DNA of 64,000 nucleotides. It comes from an uncultured Alphaproteobacteria bacterium. Lineage in GTDB: Bacteria; Pseudomonadota; Alphaproteobacteria; HIMB59; GCA-002718135. A program made the position numbers and the translations under genes. The stretch lies in NCBI GenBank assembly GCA_902616075.1, contig CACMRK010000004.1, positions 22,346 to 86,345 on the forward strand. Direction: 5' to 3'. Position 1 is the first letter of the stretch. Each line of letters starts with the position of its first letter. Of the stretch, positions 11,756-20,512 are shown piece by piece. Below the pieces are notes generated by a model, which made no database searches, was not told the DNA's origin, and was given only the letters and a program-made list of their open reading frames with translations.

Positions 11756-11770
11756 GTTCTATTTTTGTTC
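11756..11770. promoter_or_regulatory. candidate alphaproteobacterial-type SOS (LexA) box GTTC-N7-GTTC upstream of recA
   Basis: GTTCtatttttGTTC sits 86-100 nt upstream of the recA ATG and reads GAAC-N7-GAAC on the recA strand. It is part of a direct repeat of GTTCTATTTTT (11741-11751 and 11756-11766). Confidence 0.35.
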
Positions 11771-11884
11771 TTTTATAAAAATATAATTAAATTATTGAAA
11801 ATTATGAATTATTTATAATTAATAAAATTTCAATATTGCTTGAATAAATAAAATCATTTGATAAATCAGCAGCGTTTTAAAATT

Positions 11885-12292
11885 ATGACAAAATTACCTA
11901 AAAATTATAAACCAACTCAGAAAGAAAAATTCATGAATGCCAAAATGAAAGAATATTTTAGGCAAAAATTAGTAAGTTGGAAACAAGATTTACTCAAGGA
12001 GTCATCTCAAACTTTAAATAATCTTCAAAATGAGAATGAAGCAAAACCAGATATAACTGATAGAGCGTCTGAAGAAATAGATAGATCTTTCGAACTTCGA
12101 ACAAGAGATAGAGAAAGAAAATTAATTAATAAAATTGATGCGGCCCTTCAAAGAATTGAAGATGGATCTTATGGGTATTGTGATGAAACAGGTGATCCAA
12201 TTAGTATTAAAAGATTAGAAGCAAGACCAGTTGCAACGTTGAGTTTAGAAGCTCAAGAAATGCATGAAAAAGCAGAAAAAAGAATTAGTTAA
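11885..12292 (+). CDS. dksA: RNA polymerase-binding transcription factor DksA (zinc-finger-degenerate type)
   Basis: Track ORF starts at a TTG (11858); I prefer ATG 11885 (MTKLPKNYKP). Conserved DksA coiled-coil tip DxxDxA-like region (DITDRASEE) and the C-terminal YGYCDETGDPISIKRLEARPVATLSLEAQE. Confidence 0.85.
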   Translation: MTKLPKNYKPTQKEKFMNAKMKEYFRQKLVSWKQDLLKESSQTLNNLQNENEAKPDITDRASEEIDRSFELRTRDRERKLINKIDAALQRIEDGSYGYCDETGDPISIKRLEARPVATLSLEAQEMHEKAEKRIS

Positions 12293-12302
12293 TTTTTTTT
12301 AA

Positions 12303-12500
12303 ATGTCAGATTTTTATATAGGTGATCTTACACCAGGTACTTTTGTTGTAAATGTCAGCAAAGAAAAAGAATGGGGAATTGGCCAAGTACAATCATGTAT
12401 TAATAATATCGTTACAATTAATTTTGAAAATGTTGGAAAAAAAACTATTAACCCTAGAGAAGTTGAATTAAAAATAATTAATATAAATGCAACTAATTGA
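12303..12500 (+). CDS. small conserved protein, DUF3553-like
   Basis: 65 aa. The WGIGQVQS...VTINFE..GKK pattern matches my recollection of the DUF3553 family of alphaproteobacteria. Confidence 0.5.
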   Translation: MSDFYIGDLTPGTFVVNVSKEKEWGIGQVQSCINNIVTINFENVGKKTINPREVELKIININATN

Positions 12501-13479
12501 TCAGTATTTAAGAAAAGTAAATTATCTAAGAGTATCTGTTACAGATAGATGTGATCTGAGATGTGTTTATTGTATGAAAGAAAAAATGCAATTTCTCCCA
12601 CGAAAAGACATACTCACTTTAGAAGAAATTGAAAGATTATGTGACAACTTTATAGAACTCGGAGTTGAAAAAATTAGATTAACTGGGGGTGAGCCTTTGG
12701 TAAGAAATGATATTATAAAATTAATTGAAAAACTTAATACCAAAAAAGAAAAAACAAATCTAAAGGAAATAACAGTGACAACAAATGGTACATTATTAAA
12801 AAAATATGCCAAACTTCTGAAGCTAAATGGTATTAATAGAATTAATGTTTCTCTAGATACAATTAATCCTGAAAAATATAATAAAATAACAAGATTTGGA
12901 AATATTGAAAAAGTCTTTGATGGAATTAATGAAGCACTTGATAACAACATAAAAATTAAAATTAATACTGTAGTAATTAAAGATTTTAATGAAAATGAAA
13001 TTGAAGAATTAATAAATTGGACTAGTAATAAAAAAATTGATCTTACATTTATCGAAGTAATGCCAATGGAAGAAACAGATATATCAAGAGAATATCAGTT
13101 TATCTCATTATCTGATACTTTTTCAAAACTAGACAAAATATATAAATTTTCTAAAATTGATTATAGTACTGGAGGTCCAGCAAGATTTTATACTAGTGAT
13201 TTAGTTTCTAATAAAATTGGGTTTATAAGTCCTTTAACAAATAATTTTTGTGCCTCTTGCAATAGAGTAAGAATATCTAGCACTGGTAAACTTTTCATGT
13301 GCCTTGGTCAGAATGACTTTGTTGATTTTAGAGAAATAATGAGAAAAGATTATAGTGATGATTATATAAAAGAAAAAATTAAGTTTGCTCTTAAAATTAA
13401 ACCAAAACAACATGATTTTATGATTGGAGAAAAAATTAATAAATATATGAAAAGACATATGAATGTAACAGGTGGATAA
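12487..13479 (+). CDS. moaA: GTP 3',8-cyclase MoaA (radical SAM, molybdenum cofactor biosynthesis)
   Basis: CDLRCVYC radical-SAM cluster motif, a C-terminal second Cys cluster (CASCNRVRISSTGKLFMC) and a terminal GG. Confidence 0.9.
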   Translation: MQLIDQYLRKVNYLRVSVTDRCDLRCVYCMKEKMQFLPRKDILTLEEIERLCDNFIELGVEKIRLTGGEPLVRNDIIKLIEKLNTKKEKTNLKEITVTTNGTLLKKYAKLLKLNGINRINVSLDTINPEKYNKITRFGNIEKVFDGINEALDNNIKIKINTVVIKDFNENEIEELINWTSNKKIDLTFIEVMPMEETDISREYQFISLSDTFSKLDKIYKFSKIDYSTGGPARFYTSDLVSNKIGFISPLTNNFCASCNRVRISSTGKLFMCLGQNDFVDFREIMRKDYSDDYIKEKIKFALKIKPKQHDFMIGEKINKYMKRHMNVTGG

Positions 13480-14237
13480 TGAAATTTCATTTTTTATCAT
13501 CAAACAATCCTGAGGCAAAAAATACAGAAAAAAAACTAACAGAATTATTTGGACAAAACTCTGTGGAAGATGCCGACTACATTATTCCAATTGGAGGCGA
13601 CGGATTACTTTTAAAATCACTTCATAATTTTAATAAACTAAACAAACCATTTTTTGGAATAAACTTTGGTTCAATTGGGTTTTTAATGAATAATCTTAGT
13701 AATGAAAATTTAAATGACATGATTATCAATGCTAAAAAATCTACTTTTAAACCATTAAAAATGACTGCAAAAAGTGTTAATAATGAAATCTTTGAGGCAT
13801 ATGCATATAATGAAGTTTCTCTTATGAGGCAGACTCATTTGGCATCAAAAATTAAAATCAAAATAAATGAGAAAGTAAAAATGGAAGAATTGATATGTGA
13901 TGGCGTTTTGTTATCTACATCAGCTGGAAGTACAGCTTATAATCTATCCGCACATGGTAGCATTCTACCTTTAGACTCAAATATACTTGCATTAACTCCA
14001 ATTAGTGCCTTTAGACCAAGGAGATGGAGAGGTGCTCTGTTATCTGAAATTAGTAAAATTGATTTTGAAGTACTAAATAATGATGAACGCTCATCTAGCG
14101 TAACAGCAGACAATGTTGAATTTAGAGATATTAGTAAAGTGAATATTGTTTCTTCAGATGAAAATAAATGCACTGTATTATTCGATAGTAAGCACTCTAT
14201 TGAAGATAAAATTTTGAATGAGCAATTTAATTATTAA
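13479..14237 (+). CDS. nadK: NAD kinase
   Basis: GGDGLLL motif and a conserved C-terminal NAD-kinase beta domain. Its ATG shares one base with the moaA TAA (TAATG). Confidence 0.85.
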   Translation: MKFHFLSSNNPEAKNTEKKLTELFGQNSVEDADYIIPIGGDGLLLKSLHNFNKLNKPFFGINFGSIGFLMNNLSNENLNDMIINAKKSTFKPLKMTAKSVNNEIFEAYAYNEVSLMRQTHLASKIKIKINEKVKMEELICDGVLLSTSAGSTAYNLSAHGSILPLDSNILALTPISAFRPRRWRGALLSEISKIDFEVLNNDERSSSVTADNVEFRDISKVNIVSSDENKCTVLFDSKHSIEDKILNEQFNY

Positions 14238-14239
14238 GA

Positions 14240-14614
14240 TCAAATTTTTTTAAAAATACAAATCTTGTTACCATCTAAATCCCTTAAATATGCATAATAA
14301 TCTTTACCATGTCTGGGGCCAGGCATTCCTTCATCTTTTGCTCCAAGACTAATTCCAATTTTATAAAATTCATTAACAGTTTTTTTAGAATTAGCTTTAA
14401 AAGTAATCATTGTACCATTTCCTATGGTTGCTTTTTTTTTGTTATGAGGTCTAATCAAGTATAATTCTATTTTTTTAGGTGTTTCTTTTTTAGCATAACC
14501 AAAATAACGATGATGAGATAATACTTTTTTAATTTTTAGAGGTTTTAAAATTTTAGTATAAAATGCAGATGATTTTTTTAAATTATTTGTTCCAATAGTA
14601 ATAAAAGCAAACAT
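14240..14614 (-). CDS. VOC (glyoxalase/bleomycin-resistance/dioxygenase) family protein
   Basis: 124 aa with a VOC-fold pattern (ITIGTNNLKKSSAFY ... YYAYLRDLDGNKI). Confidence 0.6.
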   Translation of the reverse strand: MFAFITIGTNNLKKSSAFYTKILKPLKIKKVLSHHRYFGYAKKETPKKIELYLIRPHNKKKATIGNGTMITFKANSKKTVNEFYKIGISLGAKDEGMPGPRHGKDYYAYLRDLDGNKICIFKKI

Positions 14615-14625
14615 AATTTAATGAT

Positions 14626-14710
14626 TGGTAGCCTCGGCCGGACTTGAACCGGCACTCCCAAAAGGGCAAGGATTTTAAGTCCTTTGTGTCTACCATTCCA
14701 CCACGAGGCC
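14626..14710 (-). tRNA. tRNA-Leu (anticodon UAA), CCA encoded
   Basis: Hand-folded minus strand: GGCCTCG-TG-GTGGAATGGTAGACAC-A-AAGGA-CT[TAA]AA-TCCTT, then a long variable arm GCCCTTTTGGGAGT, then GCCGG-TTCAAGT-CCGGC-CGAGGCT-A-CCA. 85 nt with a G1:U72 pair. Confidence 0.9.
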
Positions 14711-14726
14711 TATTTCTGGACTAATA

Positions 14727-15473
14727 TCAAACTATAGAACTTTTTCCACCATTTAATTCAATCATCATAGTTATATCATCAACTATTGGTTGAATAGATG
14801 TCATCTCCCATGATGAAACAACTATGTTAACACCACCTGTTTTAGCTGCAAGATTAAAATAGGGGTAACTACCGATTGAAGCATTTGTATAATTGTTTTG
14901 AATATTTTTTAAATTTTTTGCAATTTTACTTTCGTATAAATTAGTATTAATTGTTGTAACAAGTTTTGGCTTACCTTTTTTAATTTTTTTCATTAATTCC
15001 TCGAACATAACTTGCATTATTTCTGGCACACCAGGTAAAACATAAATATTTTTTACAATAAATCCTGGTGCAGCGGTTATTGGATTTAAAATAAGCTCTG
15101 AGCCAAATGGCATTTTGGCCATTCTTTGCCTGCTTTCATTAAATTCACCTTTTGGATAATAATTTTCAAGAATCTCAAAAGCCATTTTATTTGTTTCATA
15201 TTGTAAATTAAAGGCTTCAGATATACTTTCTGAAGTTATATCATCATGAGTTGGCCCAATTCCTCCAGTAGTAAAAACATAAGAATATTTTGAGCTATAT
15301 TTTAGAACGTTTTCTATTATTATTTTTTTATCATCCTGGATAACAATGACTTCTTCTAACTTAATACCAGCTTCTAATAATTTTTTTGCAATATAATTTG
15401 AGTTGGTATCTTGGGTTCTACCAGAAAGTATTTCATCACCAATAACGATAACTCCTGCAGTAAAAGAACTCAT
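14727..15473 (-). CDS. CinA-like molybdopterin-binding (MoCF_biosynth) domain protein
   Basis: N-terminal IVIGDEILSGRTQDTNSNYIAKKL and TTGGIGPTHDDIT motifs of the CinA/MoaB-fold domain. Confidence 0.7.
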   Translation of the reverse strand: MSSFTAGVIVIGDEILSGRTQDTNSNYIAKKLLEAGIKLEEVIVIQDDKKIIIENVLKYSSKYSYVFTTGGIGPTHDDITSESISEAFNLQYETNKMAFEILENYYPKGEFNESRQRMAKMPFGSELILNPITAAPGFIVKNIYVLPGVPEIMQVMFEELMKKIKKGKPKLVTTINTNLYESKIAKNLKNIQNNYTNASIGSYPYFNLAAKTGGVNIVVSSWEMTSIQPIVDDITMMIELNGGKSSIV

Positions 15474-15530
15474 ATGATTAATTGATATTTTCTATATATT
15501 ATTTATTAATCATAAGTAATTATTTTTTAA

Positions 15531-16325
15531 ATGAGAAACAACAATATCCCAATACATACGAAAAAAGATTTTGAGGGCATGAGGGAGGCTGGTTCTTTAG
15601 CTGCTGATGTTCTAGACTCTTTAAGTGAAAAGATTGTTCCAGGAATAAGTACTCAAGAAATAAATGACATATGTCATGATCAAATTATTCAAAACAAAGC
15701 AATACCAGCTCCTTTAAATTATAAAGGTTTCCCAAAATCAGTTTGTACATCTGTAAATCATGTTGTTTGTCATGGAATTCCTTCTGAAAGAAAAATTCTA
15801 TCTGAGGGTGATATAGTAAATGTAGATGTAACAGTTATTCTAAATGGTTGGCATGGTGATAGTTCAAGAATGTTTATTGCGGGCAAGACAAATAAAAAAA
15901 ATTATGAATTTTTAAAAACAACTTATGAATCTTTATTAATTGGTATTAGTGAAGCGAAACCTGGTAAGCATATTGGCGATATTGGAAATAAAATTCAGAA
16001 ACTTGCAGAAGGAAAAGGTTATTCTGTAGTAAGAGATTTTTGTGGTCATGGAATTGGAAAAGAATTTCATACACCACCCAGTGTTTTACACTTTGGAGAA
16101 CCAGGTGAAGGACCAATGTTAGAGCCTGGAATGTTTTTAACAATTGAGCCAATGATAAATTTAGGTGGATGGCAAACAAAAATACTAAATGATGGATGGA
16201 CAGCTGTAACAAAAGATAAATCTTTATCTGCTCAATTCGAGCATACAATTGGAATAACAGAAGAAGGAAATGAAATATTTACATTATCTAAAAATAATAC
16301 AGCTTTTCCAATAAAGGATGTATAA
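15531..16325 (+). CDS. map: type I methionyl aminopeptidase
   Basis: VCHGIP, DIVNVDVT, HGIG and EHT metal-ligand motifs; 264 aa. Confidence 0.92.
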   Translation: MRNNNIPIHTKKDFEGMREAGSLAADVLDSLSEKIVPGISTQEINDICHDQIIQNKAIPAPLNYKGFPKSVCTSVNHVVCHGIPSERKILSEGDIVNVDVTVILNGWHGDSSRMFIAGKTNKKNYEFLKTTYESLLIGISEAKPGKHIGDIGNKIQKLAEGKGYSVVRDFCGHGIGKEFHTPPSVLHFGEPGEGPMLEPGMFLTIEPMINLGGWQTKILNDGWTAVTKDKSLSAQFEHTIGITEEGNEIFTLSKNNTAFPIKDV

Positions 16326-16334
16326 GTAGAAAAA

Positions 16335-17627
16335 ATGATACCTAGATACAATAGGCCTAAAATTGAAAAGATTTGGTCATTAGAAAATAAATTTACAATT
16401 TGGACAGAGATTGAGTGTTTGATTGCAGAAAAACAAGCAAGTCTCGGCGTTATTCCAAAAAAAGCAGCAAAAGAAATAAGAAATAAAGCAAAATTTAATA
16501 TTAAAGAAATAGAAAAAATTGAAAAAGAAACAAAACATGATGTTGTTGCTTATATTAATAATGTAAGCAAATATATTGGCGACTCATCAAAATATTTTCA
16601 TTTTGGTGTAACATCAAGTGATATTATTGATACTTCATTTTCTGTACAACTAAAGCAAACCTCTGAAATAATAAGAAAAAGCTTAGTAGAATGTATTCAA
16701 AGTTTAAAAATCAAATCTAAAAAATATAAAGACACATTAATGATTGGAAGGAGTCATGGTATACATGCTGAACCTATTACTTTTGGATTAAAATTATCTT
16801 CCTTTTATTTTGAGTTTAAAAGAAATTTAGAAAGGCTTGATCAAGCGATCAACGAAATATCTGTTTGTGCTATTTCTGGACCTGTTGGAACATTTAATTC
16901 TATAGACCCACGAGTTCAAGATTATGTAGCAAAAAAACTTAAACTAAATTCTGAAGATGTATCAACTCAAGTAATTCCAAGAGATAGGCATGCGTATTTT
17001 TTCTCAGTACTAGGAATTTTAGCATCTTCTATTGAGAGGTTTGCTGTGGAAATTCGAAATTTACAAAAAACAGAGGTGTTAGAAGTTGAAGAAAGTTTTT
17101 CTTCTAAGCAAAAGGGTTCTTCTGCAATGCCTCACAAACGTAATCCAGTATTAAGTGAGAACTTAACAGGTATCTCACGTTATATTAGAAGTGGTGTAAT
17201 ACCTTCACTAGAAAATGTCGTACTTTGGCACGAGAGAGATATTAGTCATTCTAGTGTTGAAAGAATTACGACTCCAGATATTACAATTGCAACTGATTTT
17301 GCACTGAGTCGTTTAAATGGCATTATAAAGAATTTAAAAGTCTATCCAAAAAATATGTTGAAAAATTTGAATATGCTTGGGGGTTTACATAGAACTCACA
17401 ATATTATGTTAAAACTAATTGAAAAAGGATTGAAAAGACAACAAGCCTATAAAATTGTTCAAGAAAGTGCCATGGAAACATGGAATAATAATAAGAATTT
17501 TTCTCAAGTTTTACAAAAAAATAAAGAATTAAACAAAAAATTAAATTCAAAAGAAATCGAAAAAATCATTAAAGATGATAACGATCTAAAGAAAATAGAT
17601 TGGATTTTTAAAAATAAAATTAAATAG
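16335..17627 (+). CDS. purB: adenylosuccinate lyase
   Basis: Fumarate-lyase signature SSAMPHKRNP; 430 aa. Confidence 0.92.
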   Translation: MIPRYNRPKIEKIWSLENKFTIWTEIECLIAEKQASLGVIPKKAAKEIRNKAKFNIKEIEKIEKETKHDVVAYINNVSKYIGDSSKYFHFGVTSSDIIDTSFSVQLKQTSEIIRKSLVECIQSLKIKSKKYKDTLMIGRSHGIHAEPITFGLKLSSFYFEFKRNLERLDQAINEISVCAISGPVGTFNSIDPRVQDYVAKKLKLNSEDVSTQVIPRDRHAYFFSVLGILASSIERFAVEIRNLQKTEVLEVEESFSSKQKGSSAMPHKRNPVLSENLTGISRYIRSGVIPSLENVVLWHERDISHSSVERITTPDITIATDFALSRLNGIIKNLKVYPKNMLKNLNMLGGLHRTHNIMLKLIEKGLKRQQAYKIVQESAMETWNNNKNFSQVLQKNKELNKKLNSKEIEKIIKDDNDLKKIDWIFKNKIK

Positions 17628-17664
17628 TCTTTATTTTTTTTAATATCTGAACTATTTTATAGGT

Positions 17665-17895
17665 ATGCCAATGACTGTTGAACAAATTGAACAATTTATT
17701 AAAGAAGCTATACCAGATGCAACTGTTGAAATTGAAGATCTTAAAGGAGACGGTGATCATTACAGTGCTACAGTGACGTCAAAATCCTTTTCTGGAAAAA
17801 CAAGAGTTCAACAACATAAGATGGTTTATGATTCTTTTAATGGTAAAATGGGTAGTGATTTGCACGCACTTAAGCTAAAAACTGTATCGGAGTAA
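17665..17895 (+). CDS. bolA: BolA family protein
   Basis: 76 aa with GDGDHY...VSxxFxGKxRVxQHKMVY...LHAL. Adjacent to the monothiol glutaredoxin gene. Confidence 0.85.
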   Translation: MPMTVEQIEQFIKEAIPDATVEIEDLKGDGDHYSATVTSKSFSGKTRVQQHKMVYDSFNGKMGSDLHALKLKTVSE

Positions 17896-17897
17896 TA

Positions 17898-18239
17898 ATG
17901 AATAATAACGACCATGTATCTCAAAATATAGAAAATGAAATTAACTCAAATGATGTAATGCTTTTCATGAAGGGCACCCCTGTATTTCCTATGTGTGGAT
18001 TTTCTGCAAGAGTAGTTGAAATATTAAATAAAGTAGGTGTTAAATTTGGAAGTGTGAATGTGTTAGAGAGTGACGAAATGAGAGAAGGTATTAAAACATA
18101 TTCTAATTGGCCAACCATACCACAACTTTATGTTAAGAAAGAATTTATAGGTGGTTGTGACATTATAACTGAAATGTTTGAAAGTGGCGAATTGTTAGAA
18201 TTATTAAACACAAATGGAATAGACGTAAACCCTTCATAG
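17898..18239 (+). CDS. grxD: Grx4-family monothiol glutaredoxin
   Basis: CGFS active site (PMCGFSARV) and WPTIPQLYV motif. Confidence 0.92.
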   Translation: MNNNDHVSQNIENEINSNDVMLFMKGTPVFPMCGFSARVVEILNKVGVKFGSVNVLESDEMREGIKTYSNWPTIPQLYVKKEFIGGCDIITEMFESGELLELLNTNGIDVNPS

Positions 18240-18240
18240 A

Positions 18241-19140
18241 TTGTTAAATAATAGTTTTTCAAAAGGTGTAATATTTTCTTGTATTGCATCAATTTTTTGG
18301 GGGCTTCCACAACCCCTTTTTTTTAATGAATTAAATCACGTTGAGACTATTGAAGTTGTAGCTCATAGAGGTTTCTGGTCGTTTATTTTTCTATTTTTAT
18401 TATTAATTTTAGTTTCAAACTTAAGTGATTTTATTGAAATATTTAAATCTAGAAAAAGAATTTTTATTTTAACAATTACAGCTTTTCTTATTGCAGGTAA
18501 CTGGGCAGGTTTTATTTATTCTGTAGGGCAAGAAAGAGTTCAGGATGCATCAATGGGTTACTTTATTACTCCAATGATCAGTATTATTTTAGGTTATTTT
18601 TTTTTAAATGAAAAAATAACTAAGCCTAAATTTGCATCTGTATGTTTTATGTTCTTAGGTATATTATTCTTATTTATTAACCTGAATCAATTTCCATTCC
18701 TAATAATTTGGATTGGAACCTCATGGGCAATATATGGATTATTAAGAAAACAAGTTAATGTTAATCCTTCAATTGGTTTACTTTATGAAACTTTCATAAT
18801 ATCTTTAATATCTATCCCGTATTTAGCTTATTTATTTTGGCAAAATGAAAATAGTATTTTTAGTATTGATTTGAAGACATCATTATTTTTAATTCTAACA
18901 GGAGCTGTAACAATTTTTCCATTATTTTTTTTTAATTTGGGTTTGAAATTTATTCAATTAGGTCTTGCTGGAGTTTTATTTTACTTAGCACCAACATTTC
19001 ATTTTATAACTTCAGTATTTATTCTTAATGAAGAAATTTTACAAATTAAGTTAATATCATTTATAATTATTTGGATAGGAATAATAATTTATATTTATGA
19101 TAGTTATAAAAAAGAAATTATCTTGAATAATACTCAATAA
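18241..19140 (+). CDS. rarD: EamA/RarD family permease
   Basis: About 10 hydrophobic segments and a RarD-like N-terminus. TTG start per the ORF track. Its 3' end overlaps the rpsD 3' end by 23 nt. Confidence 0.65.
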   Translation: MLNNSFSKGVIFSCIASIFWGLPQPLFFNELNHVETIEVVAHRGFWSFIFLFLLLILVSNLSDFIEIFKSRKRIFILTITAFLIAGNWAGFIYSVGQERVQDASMGYFITPMISIILGYFFLNEKITKPKFASVCFMFLGILFLFINLNQFPFLIIWIGTSWAIYGLLRKQVNVNPSIGLLYETFIISLISIPYLAYLFWQNENSIFSIDLKTSLFLILTGAVTIFPLFFFNLGLKFIQLGLAGVLFYLAPTFHFITSVFILNEEILQIKLISFIIIWIGIIIYIYDSYKKEIILNNTQ

Positions 19141-19738
19141 CTAAATTAGGTTCCATAGTTACAGGATAAGGAACATCATGAATTAGAGGTGCTCTTAAAA
19201 AACGACCTTTTAACTCTTTTACATCAACTTCTAGGTATTCTGGAATTTCTCTTTCTTGAGAACTAACTGATTCTACAATTATGTTAATTTCTTTACTTTT
19301 ATCTCTTATTGAGATTTCATCCCCGTCACTTACACTATATGATGGAATATTAACTCTTTTACCATTAACCTTAACATGACCATGATTAACTAACTGTCTT
19401 GCAGAAAAAATTGTAGGTACAAATTTCATTCTATAAACTGTAGCATCTAATCTTCTTTCTAAAAGTTCAATTAAAATCTGACTTGTATCACCTTTAATAT
19501 TAGAGGCTTTTTTAAAAATATTTCTAAATTGTCTTTCAGTTAAATCACCGTAATAAAATTTAAGTTTTTGCTTAGCAAATAACTGATTACCATAGTCTGA
19601 AAGTTTTTTTCTTTGACCTTGAACGCCATGCTGACCAGGCTTTGAGTTTCTTCTATTAAAGGGGCTTTTAGGTCTACCCCACAAGTTAACACCTAGCCTT
19701 CTATCAATTTTGTATTTAGCGTTATGTCTTTTTGTCAT
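19118..19738 (-). CDS. rpsD: 30S ribosomal protein S4
   Basis: 206 aa. N-terminal [19 protein letters not shown], an S4 RNA-binding domain and C-terminal IEYYSR. Confidence 0.97.
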   Translation of the reverse strand: MTKRHNAKYKIDRRLGVNLWGRPKSPFNRRNSKPGQHGVQGQRKKLSDYGNQLFAKQKLKFYYGDLTERQFRNIFKKASNIKGDTSQILIELLERRLDATVYRMKFVPTIFSARQLVNHGHVKVNGKRVNIPSYSVSDGDEISIRDKSKEINIIVESVSSQEREIPEYLEVDVKELKGRFLRAPLIHDVPYPVTMEPNLVIEYYSR

Positions 19739-19801
19739 TATTATGAGGGCTATATAGTGATTTAAAGTACTATGTCAAATTTAATATGCTCAATTTTTGG
19801 C

Positions 19802-20512
19802 TTATTTGTTAAGTTTTTTAGTAATTCCCCATAAAGTTTGCAATTCTTTCTTTGTGAGAGGAATTTTTGTAAAAATACTGTAAATATTATTCTTCATACT
19901 TTCCTTTTTTTCTCTTGGTGTAAAAAAATTCTTATTTTCAAGATTTTCAAATATATAATTTAAGAATTTAGATAATTGGCGTTTACTAATATTATTTTTT
20001 TCAACGGTAGTCGAATTTGTATTTTTAAAATTATTCAATTCAAATAATTTATGACATAAAATGGTAACTGCGTGAGAAAGGTTTAATGAATTACTTTTAC
20101 TACTTGTTTCAATAGTAAAAATTATATCAGATAATCTCAAATCTTCATTTGAAAGTCCTGAATTTTCAGGACCAAAAAGTATTGCTGTTTTTTTATTAAC
20201 AATAATTTTTCTTTTAATAAATTTAAAATTGTTAGTAGAATTTTTTTCTAAATATCTTTTTCTATTAGTCGTGGCCACAACATAAGTAAAGTTAGAGAGT
20301 GCAATTTCTAAATCATCAAATACTTTAATATTCTCAATAATTTTCGTTGCTTTTTTTGCTGCATTTATTGATTTATTGTTTAACCAGTTATCTCTTGGCG
20401 AAACAACAATTAGATCTTTTATACCAAAATTGTGCATTACACGAGCAACCATTCCAATATTTTCTGGAAGTTGAGGTCTAACTAAAATTATGCTTGGATT
20501 TTTTGGAGTCAA
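19802..20512 (-). CDS. SpoU/TrmJ-family RNA 2'-O-methyltransferase
   Basis: N-terminal LVRPQLPENIGMVARVMHNFG and SpoU knot motifs (FGPENSGLSNE, LNLSHAV). Confidence 0.75.
   Translation of the reverse strand: MTPKNPSIILVRPQLPENIGMVARVMHNFGIKDLIVVSPRDNWLNNKSINAAKKATKIIENIKVFDDLEIALSNFTYVVATTNRKRYLEKNSTNNFKFIKRKIIVNKKTAILFGPENSGLSNEDLRLSDIIFTIETSSKSNSLNLSHAVTILCHKLFELNNFKNTNSTTVEKNNISKRQLSKFLNYIFENLENKNFFTPREKKESMKNNIYSIFTKIPLTKKELQTLWGITKKLNK

Noticed and set aside
11771-11884. Promoter -35/-10 calls and an AT-only imperfect inverted repeat (ATTGAAAATT...AAATTTCAAT) upstream of dksA.
   Set aside because: TTGAAA and TATAAT hexamers are present, but with a 13-nt spacer. In DNA this AT-rich many hexamer pairs match by chance, so I could not support a specific promoter.
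19866-19884. TTTGTAAA-aat-ACTGTAAA, resembling the tandem octamer elements at 42.4 kb.
   Set aside because: It lies inside the SpoU/TrmJ-like coding region, has N3 rather than N1 spacing and has no inverted partner. Single TTTGTAAA/TTTACAAA octamers also occur by chance at about 1459 and 37952 in this AT-rich DNA.
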